Assembly: GCA_000182565.2 (NCBI GenBank)
Contig: KQ257450.1
DNA: 64,000 nt
Strand: one strand, 5' to 3'
From: Spizellomyces punctatus DAOM BR117
Taxonomy: Eukaryota
The notes below the pieces were generated by a model. That model was not told the DNA's origin. It searched no databases and worked only from the letters and a program-made list of their open reading frames with translations. Within the stretch, counting starts at the first letter, position 1. Every line of letters starts with the position of its first letter. Below, in pieces: positions 11,797 to 23,401 of this stretch. Both the position numbers and the translations under genes were made by a program.

Positions 11797-14411
11797 ATGG
11801 CGGTAAGTAAATGAACTCGGCTGCCATAGTCGCAATCTAGTGCTAGACCATCAGAAGCCAATATCATTACCCGTCACCTCCCACAATTTCTAATTACTTG
11901 TTGTGGACAGTCCCGAGGAGAAGCCGTGAAGGTAGTGGTGCGATGTCGACCTTTCAGCGAAAAGGAGAAGGCCGCCGGTCATTCAAACATCGTTAGCATC
12001 GACAAAGCTGCTGCAACAGTATCAATTGTCGATCCGAGATCTGGAGCAGATCCACTACCAAAGACGTTCACCTTCGACAGTGTATTCGACTTGGCCAGTA
12101 GCCAGCAGGAGGTTTACAACACCACGGCTAGACCGATCGTTGAAAGTGTGCTTGCCGGATACAATGGCACAATTTTTGCTTATGGACAAACGGGGACAGG
12201 CAAGGTAAGGAATGCGTAAATGAACAACTCACAACACCGAATAATAGCTGATTCATTTTCCTCAGACATTTTCGATGGAAGGCGTTCGTGATGTTCCCGA
12301 ACTTCGTGGTATCATACCTAATGCTTTCGAACATATATTTGCGGAGATTTCTCTGGCGGACAAGTCAACCCAGTTCCTTGTTCGCGCCTCCTACCTCGAG
12401 ATATACAATGAAGACATTCACGATCTTTTGAACCCGAAAGCTGGAAAGCTTGATATAAAGGAGCGCGCAGACATTGGAATCTACGTCAAAGACTTGCGAA
12501 ATTTTGTCATTAAAGATGTAGAGGAGATGGACAGACTCATGTCGTTTGGAAACAAGAACCGGTCGGTTGGAGCTACAGAGATGAACGCGCGGAGTTCGAG
12601 AAGTCACTCCATCTTTTCCATAACGGTAGAGGCAAGCGAAAAGGGACCTGACGGAGAGGAGCACATCAGAGCTGGGAAACTGCACCTAGTCGATCTTGCC
12701 GGCTCTGAGCGCCAAAGTAAAACTGGTGCGACTGGCGAACGTCTTAAAGAAGCCACAAAGATCAATTTGTCTCTGTCAGCTTTGGGGAACGTAATTAGTG
12801 CTTTGGTGGACGGAAAGAGTTCCCATATACCATATCGAGACTCTAAGTTAACAAGATTACTGCAAGACTCGCTTGGAGGCAATGCAAAGACCTTAATGGT
12901 TGCGACCATGAGTCCTGCGAGCTACAATTTTGATGAGACACTCTCAACTCTACGGTATGCAAACAGAGCGAAGAGCATCAAGAACAAGCCGAAGATTAAT
13001 GAGGATCCCAAGGTACGGCAATACTCTGGACATTGACCCGGTGTGCTCAACTTGCGTTTTCTCATCGTCATGTTTCATTCAGGATGCCATGTTGCGCGAG
13101 TTCCAAGAGGAGATTAAACGTCTGAAGGCCCAACTGGAGCAAATGGACAGTTCGGGTATTGTTCCAGGAGCAGAACCAATCGTTCAAGAGGTGGAAGAGA
13201 TCGAGGAAGTGGAAGAATTCGAGGAGATTGAAGCACCCGAAGAAGCAGTAGCAGTACCTAACAAACCTCCTAAGCCGAAGAAGGTAAAAGTTAAGAAGGC
13301 CATACCCACATTCGAAAAGGGCACCGAGCAAGCACAGACGTCTCCAGGTGATCATGAGAAGCAGCTGGAAGAAATGCAGGCACAAGTGGAGGCCGAAAAG
13401 AGGCACATTCTTGAATCGAAAGGAATGGCGGAATCTGAGCGCAACCGCCTGTTGGCAGACTTGAATGCACGTGCGAATGAACTCGAGGCAGAGCGCGAAG
13501 CTCGAGGCCAACTGACTGCGAAGCTTTCTCAACTGGAACAGAAGCTCTTGATTGGTGGCGTGAACGCCGTCGATAGACATGAGGAACAAAAACTGTTGCT
13601 GGCGAAGCGGGAACAGGAATTAGAAGAACGAGCAAGACGGGAGCGCGAGCTCGCAAGAGAGATAGAGGAGCACGAAGAGACGGGGTTGCAGATCGAGGAG
13701 GAATTTTCGTCACTTCAAGAAGAGGCTGCTGTCAAAACTAGAAAGCTCAAAAAGCTCTGGAATCTTCTCATGCGACACAAATCGGAAATCAAAGATCTAC
13801 AAGAGGAGCACCAAAGAGAACGAGAGCAGCTACTCGATACAGTCCGAGATCTAACCCGAGAACTCAAGCTCAGAATGTTGGTCATTGATTCGTTTGTACC
13901 CAGAGAATCCCTAGACCTTTTAGAATCGTTCGCCGAATATGACGAAACAAGCGAAAAATGGCGAATAGGGCACATTGCCCATGCTGGAAATAACATTCGC
14001 GGTAAACGAAGCTTGGTGTCTGGGTTGCCATTGCACCGCGACCATTATGGAGCAGGAGGAGATCAAGGGATGGATGGCGAGGAGCCTCCATGGGACCCTA
14101 TGTCTGGGTTCCCTGATCCATATCTCACATATGACGAGCCAGTCAAATCAGCTAAAAAGAAGACAAGCGGAGGCGATGTACGAAAGAAGAGCTCTGCAAC
14201 AGGAGAAAGATCACCAAACAGAAGAACACGGCCGCCATCAGCGGCCAGAAAGTCGCCCACCAAAGTGAGCAGTGGGCGAGACAAAGCGACAGCGAGACAT
14301 GCGGGTGGTAGTGGGAGTGTATCTGGCAGCTTGGAAAACACGGAAGCCAACAATCCGCCTGCGGCTCCGTCAGCGAGAGGACTGGTCGGCAAGAGTAAAC
14401 ACTATGCATGA
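11797..14411 (+). CDS. KIF3: Heterotrimeric kinesin-II motor subunit (KIF3/FLA10 family)
   Basis: [10 protein letters not shown]-loop [51 protein letters not shown]; 6-nt first coding exon ATGGCG|gtaagt. Confidence 0.93.
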
Positions 14412-14539
14412 AGATGACTATCTGGACTGTACATACTGCTTATGTAATCATATGATCGTGAAGGCTGACAAATTGGGGTCCTTCTCCTTGTTCCCTCCAT
14501 TACCCATCCGTATCAGCACCGCAAGCAAATAGCACAAGC

Positions 14540-15175
14540 ATGAAGCTTTATTACTCTCCTGCTTCACCATACGCTCGTAAAGTACTCATCGTCGCTCATG
14601 AACTGGGAATTCGTGACCAACTCGAGGTCGTAACCGTTTCCGTCAACCCAAAGGGTGGACCAGACACGCCTGTTGTATCTGCCTCCAATCCGCTGGGCAA
14701 GATTCCCACTCTTGTCCTAAAAGATGGTACCGCTCTATACGATAGTCGCGTGATTTGTGAGTACCTCGATTCTATCGCCGGCGGAAATCTTTTCCCGAGA
14801 GAGCATGCGCCCCCAAGATGGGTGGCATTGCGGCGACTCGCTTTGGGTGACGGGATCGTCGATGCTGCGTTGTCGGCCGTGTACGAAAGTAGGGAAACCA
14901 TTCGGCCAGTTGAGAAACAGTATCAGGGTTGGATCGATGCACAATGGGCAAAAGTCGTACGAGCTTTGGATGCACTTGAAGAAGAGGCAGATACGCTAGC
15001 CAACGGTCAAGACGCAACTATAGGAGAGCTGGCTGTCGCCACTGCGCTCGGGTACTTGGACTTTAGATTTGCAGCAAAAAACTGGGCGAGTTCTCGACCA
15101 AAATTGGCCAAGTGGTATAATGAGCAGTTCCTTCACAGGGCATCTTTCGTGAGCTCCCAGCCTCCAAGCAGTTGA
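14540..15175 (+). CDS. Glutathione S-transferase, bacterial YibF-like, intronless
   Basis: MKLYYSPASPYARKV, NPLGKIPTL, LYDSRVICEYLD, LGYLDFRF. Confidence 0.92.
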   Translation: MKLYYSPASPYARKVLIVAHELGIRDQLEVVTVSVNPKGGPDTPVVSASNPLGKIPTLVLKDGTALYDSRVICEYLDSIAGGNLFPREHAPPRWVALRRLALGDGIVDAALSAVYESRETIRPVEKQYQGWIDAQWAKVVRALDALEEEADTLANGQDATIGELAVATALGYLDFRFAAKNWASSRPKLAKWYNEQFLHRASFVSSQPPSS

Positions 15176-15476
15176 GATGCATGTAGTCTACGTATATCTA
15201 GACATTCTGTAGCAATTAAAGAGTATGTGTAGCTGCTCTATCTGATGGTCGTCGCTATTGATAATGAAAAGTATGGGCCAAAAGTGTTGAGGTTTGCGCT
15301 TGCCAAGCGAACATGTCATTGGTGCTGTGCCACTATCGCGGAGGGCAAAATCTCGTCCCAGGCCGAAGCACCAAAAAGCACACACTCTAGATTGCTTCCT
15401 CATCCCATATCGCTTTCATTCTTGCAAGCAATCGCACCACCTGACTACTCTCATTCTCCTGGAAACTCTTTAAGCA

Positions 15477-16733
15477 ATGGCAAGCAGAGATAGGTGGGCC
15501 GACTTCAAGGTAAGTAGCTGCCTGGATGGCTACTGCACCAAAAAGGTTTGATCACCACCCATCAACTCGCCATTTAACAACATTTCGAATAGCAAGAGAA
15601 GCAGGACATGCATGATACCTATGACGTTGAGATGGGATCGGTCAATACGCTCACCGGAACTAGCTTGGACCAGTTTCTGCAACAAGTGAGCACTAGACTG
15701 CAATTGGCGAAGAACTTTGAAACCGTATTAACGTGTCCGTTTCCTAAAGACTGAAGAGATACAGCGCAACATCACGCAAATATCCCGCAACACAGCAGAT
15801 ATGCAAGGGCTTCATCAACGAGTGTTACTGGAGACCAACGTGCGACAACAGAATTGTAGGTTTTTGTGGAATAGATGTTTCTGTGAACACAAAGGCTCAT
15901 ATATCAACCGGCTGTCCTGCTTCAAGTTCTCACCCAACAAGTGGACAACCTTACCGACGAAACTAGCAGATTGATTCAGGACACTCGCCAACGAATCCGG
16001 AACCTCTCGACCGAATCCGCACGTTCCAACAACGATGCAAAAGTGCAATCCCAGCAACAAAAGTCTCTCGCCTCGCGACTCATGTCTGTCGCGCGGGATT
16101 TCCAATCTGTCCAGCAGAATGCAAAGCAGGGCTATCGAAGTCAGATGGCACGGCAATACAAAATTGCCCGCCCAGAAGCAACTTCAGCTGAAGTCGAAGA
16201 AGCTATCGACTCAACAAACGGACCCATTTTCCAGCAGGAAATTCTGTCATCACGTATTGGGGAGCAACGAAGCGCGCTCGAGGCCGTCCAGAATCGACAT
16301 GAAGAATTGGTCAAGATCGAACGCAGTATCACAGAGCTATTTACGCTGTTTCAGGAAATGCAGGCACTGTTGGATGTATGTATACATTCATTGATAACGG
16401 AAAGCAGCGTAGCCGCGGCCTCATGACATAATGGCCCATAGTCGTGAATTCATTTTAACCGTCTTGTTTATCCAGACCCAACAAGAGCAAATCAACACTA
16501 TCGAACAGCATGTTGATGACACGGACACGCGCATTGCAGACGGCTCTGCTCAAATGACCAAGGCCATTCGAAGCGCTAAGAGTGCGAGGAAGATGAAGTG
16601 GATTATTTTCACTATTATTCTCATTGTGTTGATCGTCATTGCGCTGGTGCTCTACTTCCAGTTAAGGCCAAAGGGTGGGAACGGAGGAGGAGATGGAGGG
16701 AATCAACGAAACTCCACGGCACCGGCGAGGTAA
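15477..16733 (+). CDS. Plasma-membrane syntaxin (Sso1/syntaxin-1 family; multi-exon)
   Basis: ALEAVQNRHEELVKIERSITELFTLFQEM SNARE motif; ARKMKW followed by a C-terminal TM helix. Confidence 0.92.
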
Positions 16734-17009
16734 TTTTAGATTCGTTTCACATCTTACCATGTGGTAGATGAGTAATCGACGTAGTGAGCAAATTGCAATG
16801 TAGTTTTCACTATTAGTCCTGCACAGGTTTGCCCTTTTGCCCTGTGTGCCTAAACCTATATTTTTAATGCATTCTTTAGCGTTTAGTAATGTATGTCATG
16901 CAATATTAATGGTAATATAATAAGATATGTGGGCGCCACATCCAATGAACACAATACCATGAGCCGAGACACTTCAATATTCTACATGCTACGGGGTTTG
17001 GCACGACAC

Positions 17010-18918
17010 CTACACCAAGCTCTCTACTTGCACCACTATGTACTCTTCCGAGTAACTTACATTCGAATCACGCTGCTTTCGTTCTTCACAATCTCGCGCA
17101 CAAGAGTACACCAGAACCGTTCCCCAATCCATACCAGCCGCATAGCGCTCCAAAAATGAGCTCAAATTTGTGGCTTTCCCTCCCGCCCCTCCTTTGGCAT
17201 CCCCACTAGCTCTTCTCGGTACTAATTGCTCCGTTGGAAGGAGGGAGAGTATCATAGGCATCAGCTGAAATTCAAAAACCCTCGGTCCATTACAGCGAGA
17301 GCACGGTGGTGGTCCTTTACTTTGCAGTGATTCAGAGATGTCATCGTCTCTATAAAAGACCGGCTGTCCGTTGAAAGCATATCTGAAATTTTTCACCCGT
17401 GTCAATACTGCCACTATGAAAAACAGAAGCTAGGTGAACTTTACCTTATACATTGCTCAGGCTCCTCCTCAACAATCCTTTGAAACCGTTTGAATGCCTT
17501 ATTGTAATATTTGGGTCGGACCTTCTCATAACCTTCCCCGGACCATGTCAAACTATCTGTCCCATCTGCACCGCCCAGATCCTTCTCCAGTTGTTTGTAA
17601 CTCGCCAGTAAACGCATCTCGTGTTCGAACGAGGCGTCATTTCCTGGTTCCGGGGCAAATTCTAGTGGGTAAGCGGAGAACGTGGGCGCTCTAGACCAAG
17701 CAGTCGTTGCCTCTGCCAGGTCGGTGATAGCCAACGACTCTTCGAATTGGGCGGATAAAGCAGTCACGGGGTCTTCTGAATCGTCCATGACAGGTGCATC
17801 CGCACCGGGATGGATATTGTTGCTTGTGCTATCAATGCCGGAATCGGTCACAAGATCGTTCTCTTCAATCTCCTCATCATTCAAAGGTCTCAGGGAGGTG
17901 TTCTCTGCATTTTTAATTTTGACAGGGATAGTTCCCTCCGTTTCCACGTCCTTCTCATCATCCCACGCATACTTTTTGTCCCGCAAAGCCAAGAGCTCAG
18001 CGAGGTTTGGAGTTGGTGACGATACGCTGCTCAAAGAGGGTGATGGAGAAAACGAGAGTGGGGTGATTTTGGGATCCCCGAAAGATGGAGTTGCAGGAAG
18101 GCTCCAGGTATCTGATGCTATTGGGGCGTTCCACTCGTCATCCTTCTTTACCACATAGCATAAGTACTTGACGTTTCCAATGATATGAAATAAGCACTTA
18201 CCGTTGAGGGCACCACACTGTTGTCCTGGTTAAATTTTGGCGTTTGTGGAGGAGAAAACGGTAGCTGAGGCATGACCTTCTGTTTCAACGGCGTAACCGG
18301 AGAGTCTCGCGCTCCCTTTCCCTTGGCTGGCGTCGATTTGGGTGAGGGCTTCTTGTTATTCTGATCAGACACTTTAGTGTTATTTGAAGTTTCTGTTCCT
18401 TCTGCTGGCTTCTTTCCTTCCTTTTTGGATCGTCCTTTGGACTTTTTTGGTTTGGGTTCGTAGCTTTTAAGAGCCTTTATCACTCTCCAACTGTTGGTCA
18501 AAAGAACAAACGTCAGTCCAAAACAATAGCCTTGTTATCAATCTACGCAACATAAACCACCAACCTTCCCGGACGAGTCATGCATTCTCTGCGGTTGCAA
18601 CCGAAAACGTAATACACACGGTCTGCCTGTTTGCCTGGCAGCTGCCCTAGCATCTGAGCAATGAGCAAAAGAGGTGCCTGGCAAGATTCGCAGAACGACC
18701 ATTGTTTTGGTGGTAGTGTGTCTTCACTAAACCAAACCTGCATTGAAGGGACAATTTAATGGGCTGACCAAACGAAACTGCCCAATGTTTGACTTTAGTA
18801 CCGGACGTCCGCCAATTTTATCTAGATAAACATCCACATCTTGTGCCCAAGGCAGCTTATCGCAAGGGTAGCCCAACTGTACTGCTGGTGGTGCACTGGC
18901 AATGGGTGTGTTGGACAT
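17010..18918 (-). CDS. PDCD2L: PDCD2-like/Tsr4 uS5 chaperone (multi-exon)
   Basis: DKIGGRP, DRVYYVFGCNRREC, RFQRIVEEEPEQCIRY, FEFQLMP, MDWGTVLVYSC. Confidence 0.88.
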
Positions 18919-19135
18919 TCTGCAAAATTCTGGAAATTTAGAGATCACAACCGAGTGCTGATCTGACCCTCTTTCCCTCCTTACCTAAGGTGTGGCGCGG
19001 CAGATCACTTTGAATAAGACCCAAATATTCTACAATTTCATGCATGATAGCGACTTCATTATAATAGCGAATTTTTAAAGCAGATTATGCCAGTATATGC
19101 CAGTGAATCCAGACAATCCCGGATCACACTTTTCA

Positions 19136-20903
19136 TCATTTCCTGTGATCAGCGCCAACAATGTCCTGCCATCTCTTCCCTTCTCTTTTCAGCTTTCTCG
19201 CTACCTCATCTTTAATCTCCGCAACAAGTCCTGGTCCCTCATACGCCATAGCAGTATAAAGCTGGACCAAGCTGGCACCCGCTTTTGCAAAGGCTAATAC
19301 CTCATCTGCAGATTTTACTCCTCCGCAACCGATTATCGGGATGGTGCCATTGGTCAACGCATAGAATTTTCGAACGACAGCAAGAGAAAGAGGATGTACA
19401 GGTGGTCCTGATAACCCGCCGGTTTCAGTAGTAACTTTAGGGCCTGTGATTGGTTTGTGAGCGTGGATTGTACCATATGCGTGGTCGATGGGATCATACA
19501 TACCACTTCTCAATGATTGTGGTCTCGATACTGTTGTGTTGCTGATAATGACACCATCAACTCCAACATTTTTAACGACGGCTGCAATATCTTCAATCTC
19601 TTGATCATTTAGATCAGGGGCAATCTTTACCAGTAGTGGCGGGTGGTGCGGTAGCGATTCGTCGCGTGCACTTTGCACCTATATAGAGAGTTAGTGACAA
19701 CGCAGCATCTCGCAGGCAGATGTTTACAGGGTACCTCTTGCATAAGCTTTTCTATTGGCTCCCTTCGTTGCAAAGCCCGGAGACCTGGAGTATTCGGACT
19801 GCTAATATTTACGACGAGATAGTCGGCATACGCTCCCAAATCTTTCACCCCGCGTATGTAATCCTCATTGGACTCGGCGGATGAAAGTTTGTTCTTGCCC
19901 AAGTTCACACCCAACATCTTGGCTTCGCGCAACGATTTTCGACTAGAGTCGGGAAGAGTGACCGGATACGCCAGCCCTTCCGTTGGCTGCAGGCCTAGAA
20001 GATGTCGATTGTGATGGAGATAATTGCGTATACGGGCTTTCAAGCGATCCTCAACAGCCCGATGGCCGTCAGAGTTGAACCCGTAGCGGTTAATCACGGC
20101 TGTATCCGCGGGAAGACGGAACATTCGCGGCTTTGGATTCCCTGGCTAGAAATGTAATATATGCCATGAGAGGAGTAAAACAGCATTCCAAAAAGCCACC
20201 GTTGCAATTACCTGCGGCAAGGGTGTGACACTTCCAATCTCCACCAAGCCAAAGCCAAAGTCGAACAACGCGTCAACAGCTTCAGCGTTCTTATCGAATC
20301 CCGCGGCTAATCCGATAGGATTCGAGAGGGTCTTTCCCCATATCTGCGAAATGATATATTCACAATTCAGATCGATCTTCCCATGCGAACATCGCAAGGG
20401 CTAGGCGCAAGTGATACCTCGGTATGAAGCACATCATCATCCTTAGTACGCTCCTTTGGCACTAGACCGTGCTTTGCCAACCAAATCGCAAGCCTGTGTG
20501 ATTCTTCAGGGTCCAGGAGGGCGTGCACCATAGGCATAGCGAACCAGCGGTATATACCAGCCCTCGTGTCGTTTAGATACATGAAGAGTATAGTAGCAGC
20601 ACCAAAACCAAGCGAAATTGCGAGTAGATTACGGGGTCGCACAGAAGGGTGCGGTTCTCGATGATAAGAGGCTCTGGTAGCCTAAAGGTCAAAACTCGCC
20701 ATTTTAGCATTTTCATCTGTTTACGAGTGGTTATCTGAACAGCGAACACATTGCTCCAGACTGACCAAACTTCGAATGTTGCCCGGGCTTTTACTGATAA
20801 CGGCTTCCCTCTTTACACCCGACCGAACAGCTTGAGAGCATTGCCATGTCCCAGACCAAGTTTGCGAAAGCCGCGTCGCTATACCCGTTCTTCTAGCAAA
20901 CAT
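19136..20903 (-). CDS. URA9: Dihydroorotate dehydrogenase (quinone, class 2, mitochondrial; multi-exon)
   Basis: [56 protein letters not shown]. Confidence 0.96.
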
Positions 20904-20963
20904 GTTCGAGATGGATGATTTTGGAAGGAACCCGCAGGTCGTAATATGCAAGCGATCTTGCTT

Positions 20964-20977
20964 GTTGCCATGACAAC
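20964..20977. promoter_or_regulatory. RFX X-box-like motif in the DHODH/metaxin divergent promoter
   Basis: GTTGCCATGACAAC, one position off the X-box consensus GTNRCC-N0-3-RGYAAC and near-palindromic. Confidence 0.5.
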
Positions 20978-21057
20978 TAGTCCTGTTGTGTCATCAAACC
21001 CAAACTTGCCCGAATTTCAAGTCAACCGTGGCTACTCGTGCGCTGACTAGGACGACG

Positions 21058-22394
21058 ATGCCGGTTGAGAACCCGCTTCGCAAGTTCAAAAACTTGTTCC
21101 CATTAGTCCGCCTACCGCCAGTGTATACTCCGCCGCCAGTACCGGCAGACCCAGCGAGAACTCCTATTCTCTTCATCTTTCCTCGAAAAAAGCAACACAT
21201 CACCTCACTGGATGTCGAGTGTGTGAAATATCAGGTAAACGGACTAGTAGAAGTTGCAATTACTATGTGTTCAAGAAGGAAAGCAAGCACGATTATTGTC
21301 ATCAATGCGTCCCTGACGTTCTTCATTGCATACAGGCCTTCCTCGCCTTTTCAAATTATAACCATGTTACCCAAGAATGCCACGAGCCTGAGATGTCACC
21401 GTCAGGTAAGGCTACCGTCCAACGACATCAGCTAGTGAGTTGGCTTTGAACTCATATGACTTGTGCATTTTTCAGGGCAGCTACCATTCCTGGTGACCTC
21501 GGATGGACGTTTACTTACTGGCCGACAGATCGTTGAGGAAGTGAAGGCAACGGTAAGACGCCGTATTGCTGTGATCTCGCTGCCAATGGCACACACCAAT
21601 GGCACTCATTGTCATCTTCATAGGTTGGCGACTTGGAATCGAGGCTAACGGACGCTGAGAAGAACGATGTCAAAGCCTTCACGTTCCTTGCCGAAGCAAA
21701 GCTTGATTTCGCCTTGGTACGTATCAAGTTTCAGCAATTCATAGGTAGGCCGTTACTTAATGGCAAAAATTGTACTTTCAGCTCTTCACCATGTGGTACG
21801 ATGGCCATATACGGGACGAATTCACTTTTCCCATGTACGAGTCACTGTATCCTTGGCCATTAAACAAGGTCATTTCCAGAACCATCCGGGCACAGAAAAC
21901 CGACTGGATGCTTAGCAGACGAGCTGTATTGAAAAAAGATGAGGTCTAAATAATGAATGACGCTGATGAGAACGTAATGAGTCGTTATTCATCGTGGTTC
22001 GTGCGTAGATTTTAGATGATGCAAGGAAGGCTCTGACCGCTCTGTCAACTCAACTGGGAAATCAGTTGTACTTCTTCGGGTCAAAGTACGTCTTGTGGCT
22101 TGATGTGCTCTAGCTGCAGCTCGCGTTAAGTATGACTTCCTTACCCATTTCGTTTTGTAGAGCGTCCTTCCTCGATGCGGTGGTATTCGCGTACCTGCAT
22201 ATTATCTTATCCCTATTAGTAACCTCGTCCGGTGAAGTTGCGCTGCGCCAGGCTGTGTTGAAGCATGAAAATTTAGTGCAGGTATGGATTCTATCGTTTG
22301 TTGCACACAGTGCGACGAGTTTGTAACGCCATGTATCGTCCGCTACTATGTACAGTATGCACGTAGGGTTTTCAACACATTTTTTGCATCATGA
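21058..22394 (+). CDS. Metaxin/Sam35-like outer mitochondrial membrane protein (multi-exon)
   Basis: FPLVRLPP, EMSPSGQLPFL, ALTALSTQLGNQLYFFGS, SFLDAVVFAYLHIIL. Confidence 0.85.
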
Positions 22395-22714
22395 CCGCAC
22401 AAGTTGAATGTGGGAGGAAAAATCTATCAAAACATAGACGACGCTACTGAGGATAGGTGTAGAAGCCGAGTGCACTATCGTTAGATTTCCATCGTACTGT
22501 ATATATTGTACATCATGAAACAGCTGTCACTCACTTTGCTGCAACCGATAGGTACTTTTTCAAAAGCGGCGATCCTACGTCTAAACCAGTCCACTGCCAC
22601 CTTTAACGTCGAGTGCTTCATGAATGTTCAATGGTCACGTGACAATAGGCAGAAGGAAGATCGTTGGAAAGTCTGAGACTTGGGCACCCACTACTTGTAG
22701 ATCCCGTCGCAGTC

Positions 22715-23359
22715 ATGAAGCAATACCAGAGAGACTTCATCGCATTTGCAATCAAGCACAAGGTGCTCACCTTTGGGTCTTTTACGCTCAAATCCGGCCG
22801 CACGTCCCCCTACTTCTTTAACGCTGGACTCTTCAACACTGGGGAGGCTTTGGCACAACTCGGCACATATTATGCCGCTGCCCTACAAGACAGCAACCTT
22901 CCCTACGACGTCCTGTTTGGTCCCGCATACAAAGGAATCCCTCTAGTTTCTTCGCTTGCCGTTGCCCTCTTTAGAGAACATGGTGTTGATGCTCCTTACA
23001 GCTTTAACAGAAAGGAAAAGAAGGACCATGGAGAAGGCGGGAGCATTGTGGGCTCCCCATTGAGGGGTAAAGTAGTAGTGATTGATGATGTGATTACGGC
23101 TGGTACTGCTATCAGAGAAAGCTTTACGATCATCAAAGGAGAGGGTGCAAATCTTTCGGGTGTGCTGATTGCACTGGACCGTCAAGAGAAAGGGACTGGT
23201 ACAGATCTCTCCGCCATTCAACAGGTGGAGAAGGAATATGGAGTCCCTGTGGTCTCGATTGTGAGTTTGGCGCAGGTTGTAGAGTATCTCGAGGAAGTTG
23301 GAGGGCAAGAGCAGGCTATCCAGGACATCAAAGTATATAGACAACAATGGGGCATATAA
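22715..23359 (+). CDS. URA5: Orotate phosphoribosyltransferase, intronless
   Basis: [53 protein letters not shown]. Confidence 0.97.
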   Translation: MKQYQRDFIAFAIKHKVLTFGSFTLKSGRTSPYFFNAGLFNTGEALAQLGTYYAAALQDSNLPYDVLFGPAYKGIPLVSSLAVALFREHGVDAPYSFNRKEKKDHGEGGSIVGSPLRGKVVVIDDVITAGTAIRESFTIIKGEGANLSGVLIALDRQEKGTGTDLSAIQQVEKEYGVPVVSIVSLAQVVEYLEEVGGQEQAIQDIKVYRQQWGI

Positions 23360-23401
23360 CTTAGATAGTCAATTACAACACACGATATTTCATCACGCTT
23401 T

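Noticed and set aside
22715-23359. URA5 as a recent bacterial transfer
   Set aside because: Fungal OPRTs are generally PyrE-like, so resemblance plus lack of introns is not evidence of recent transfer
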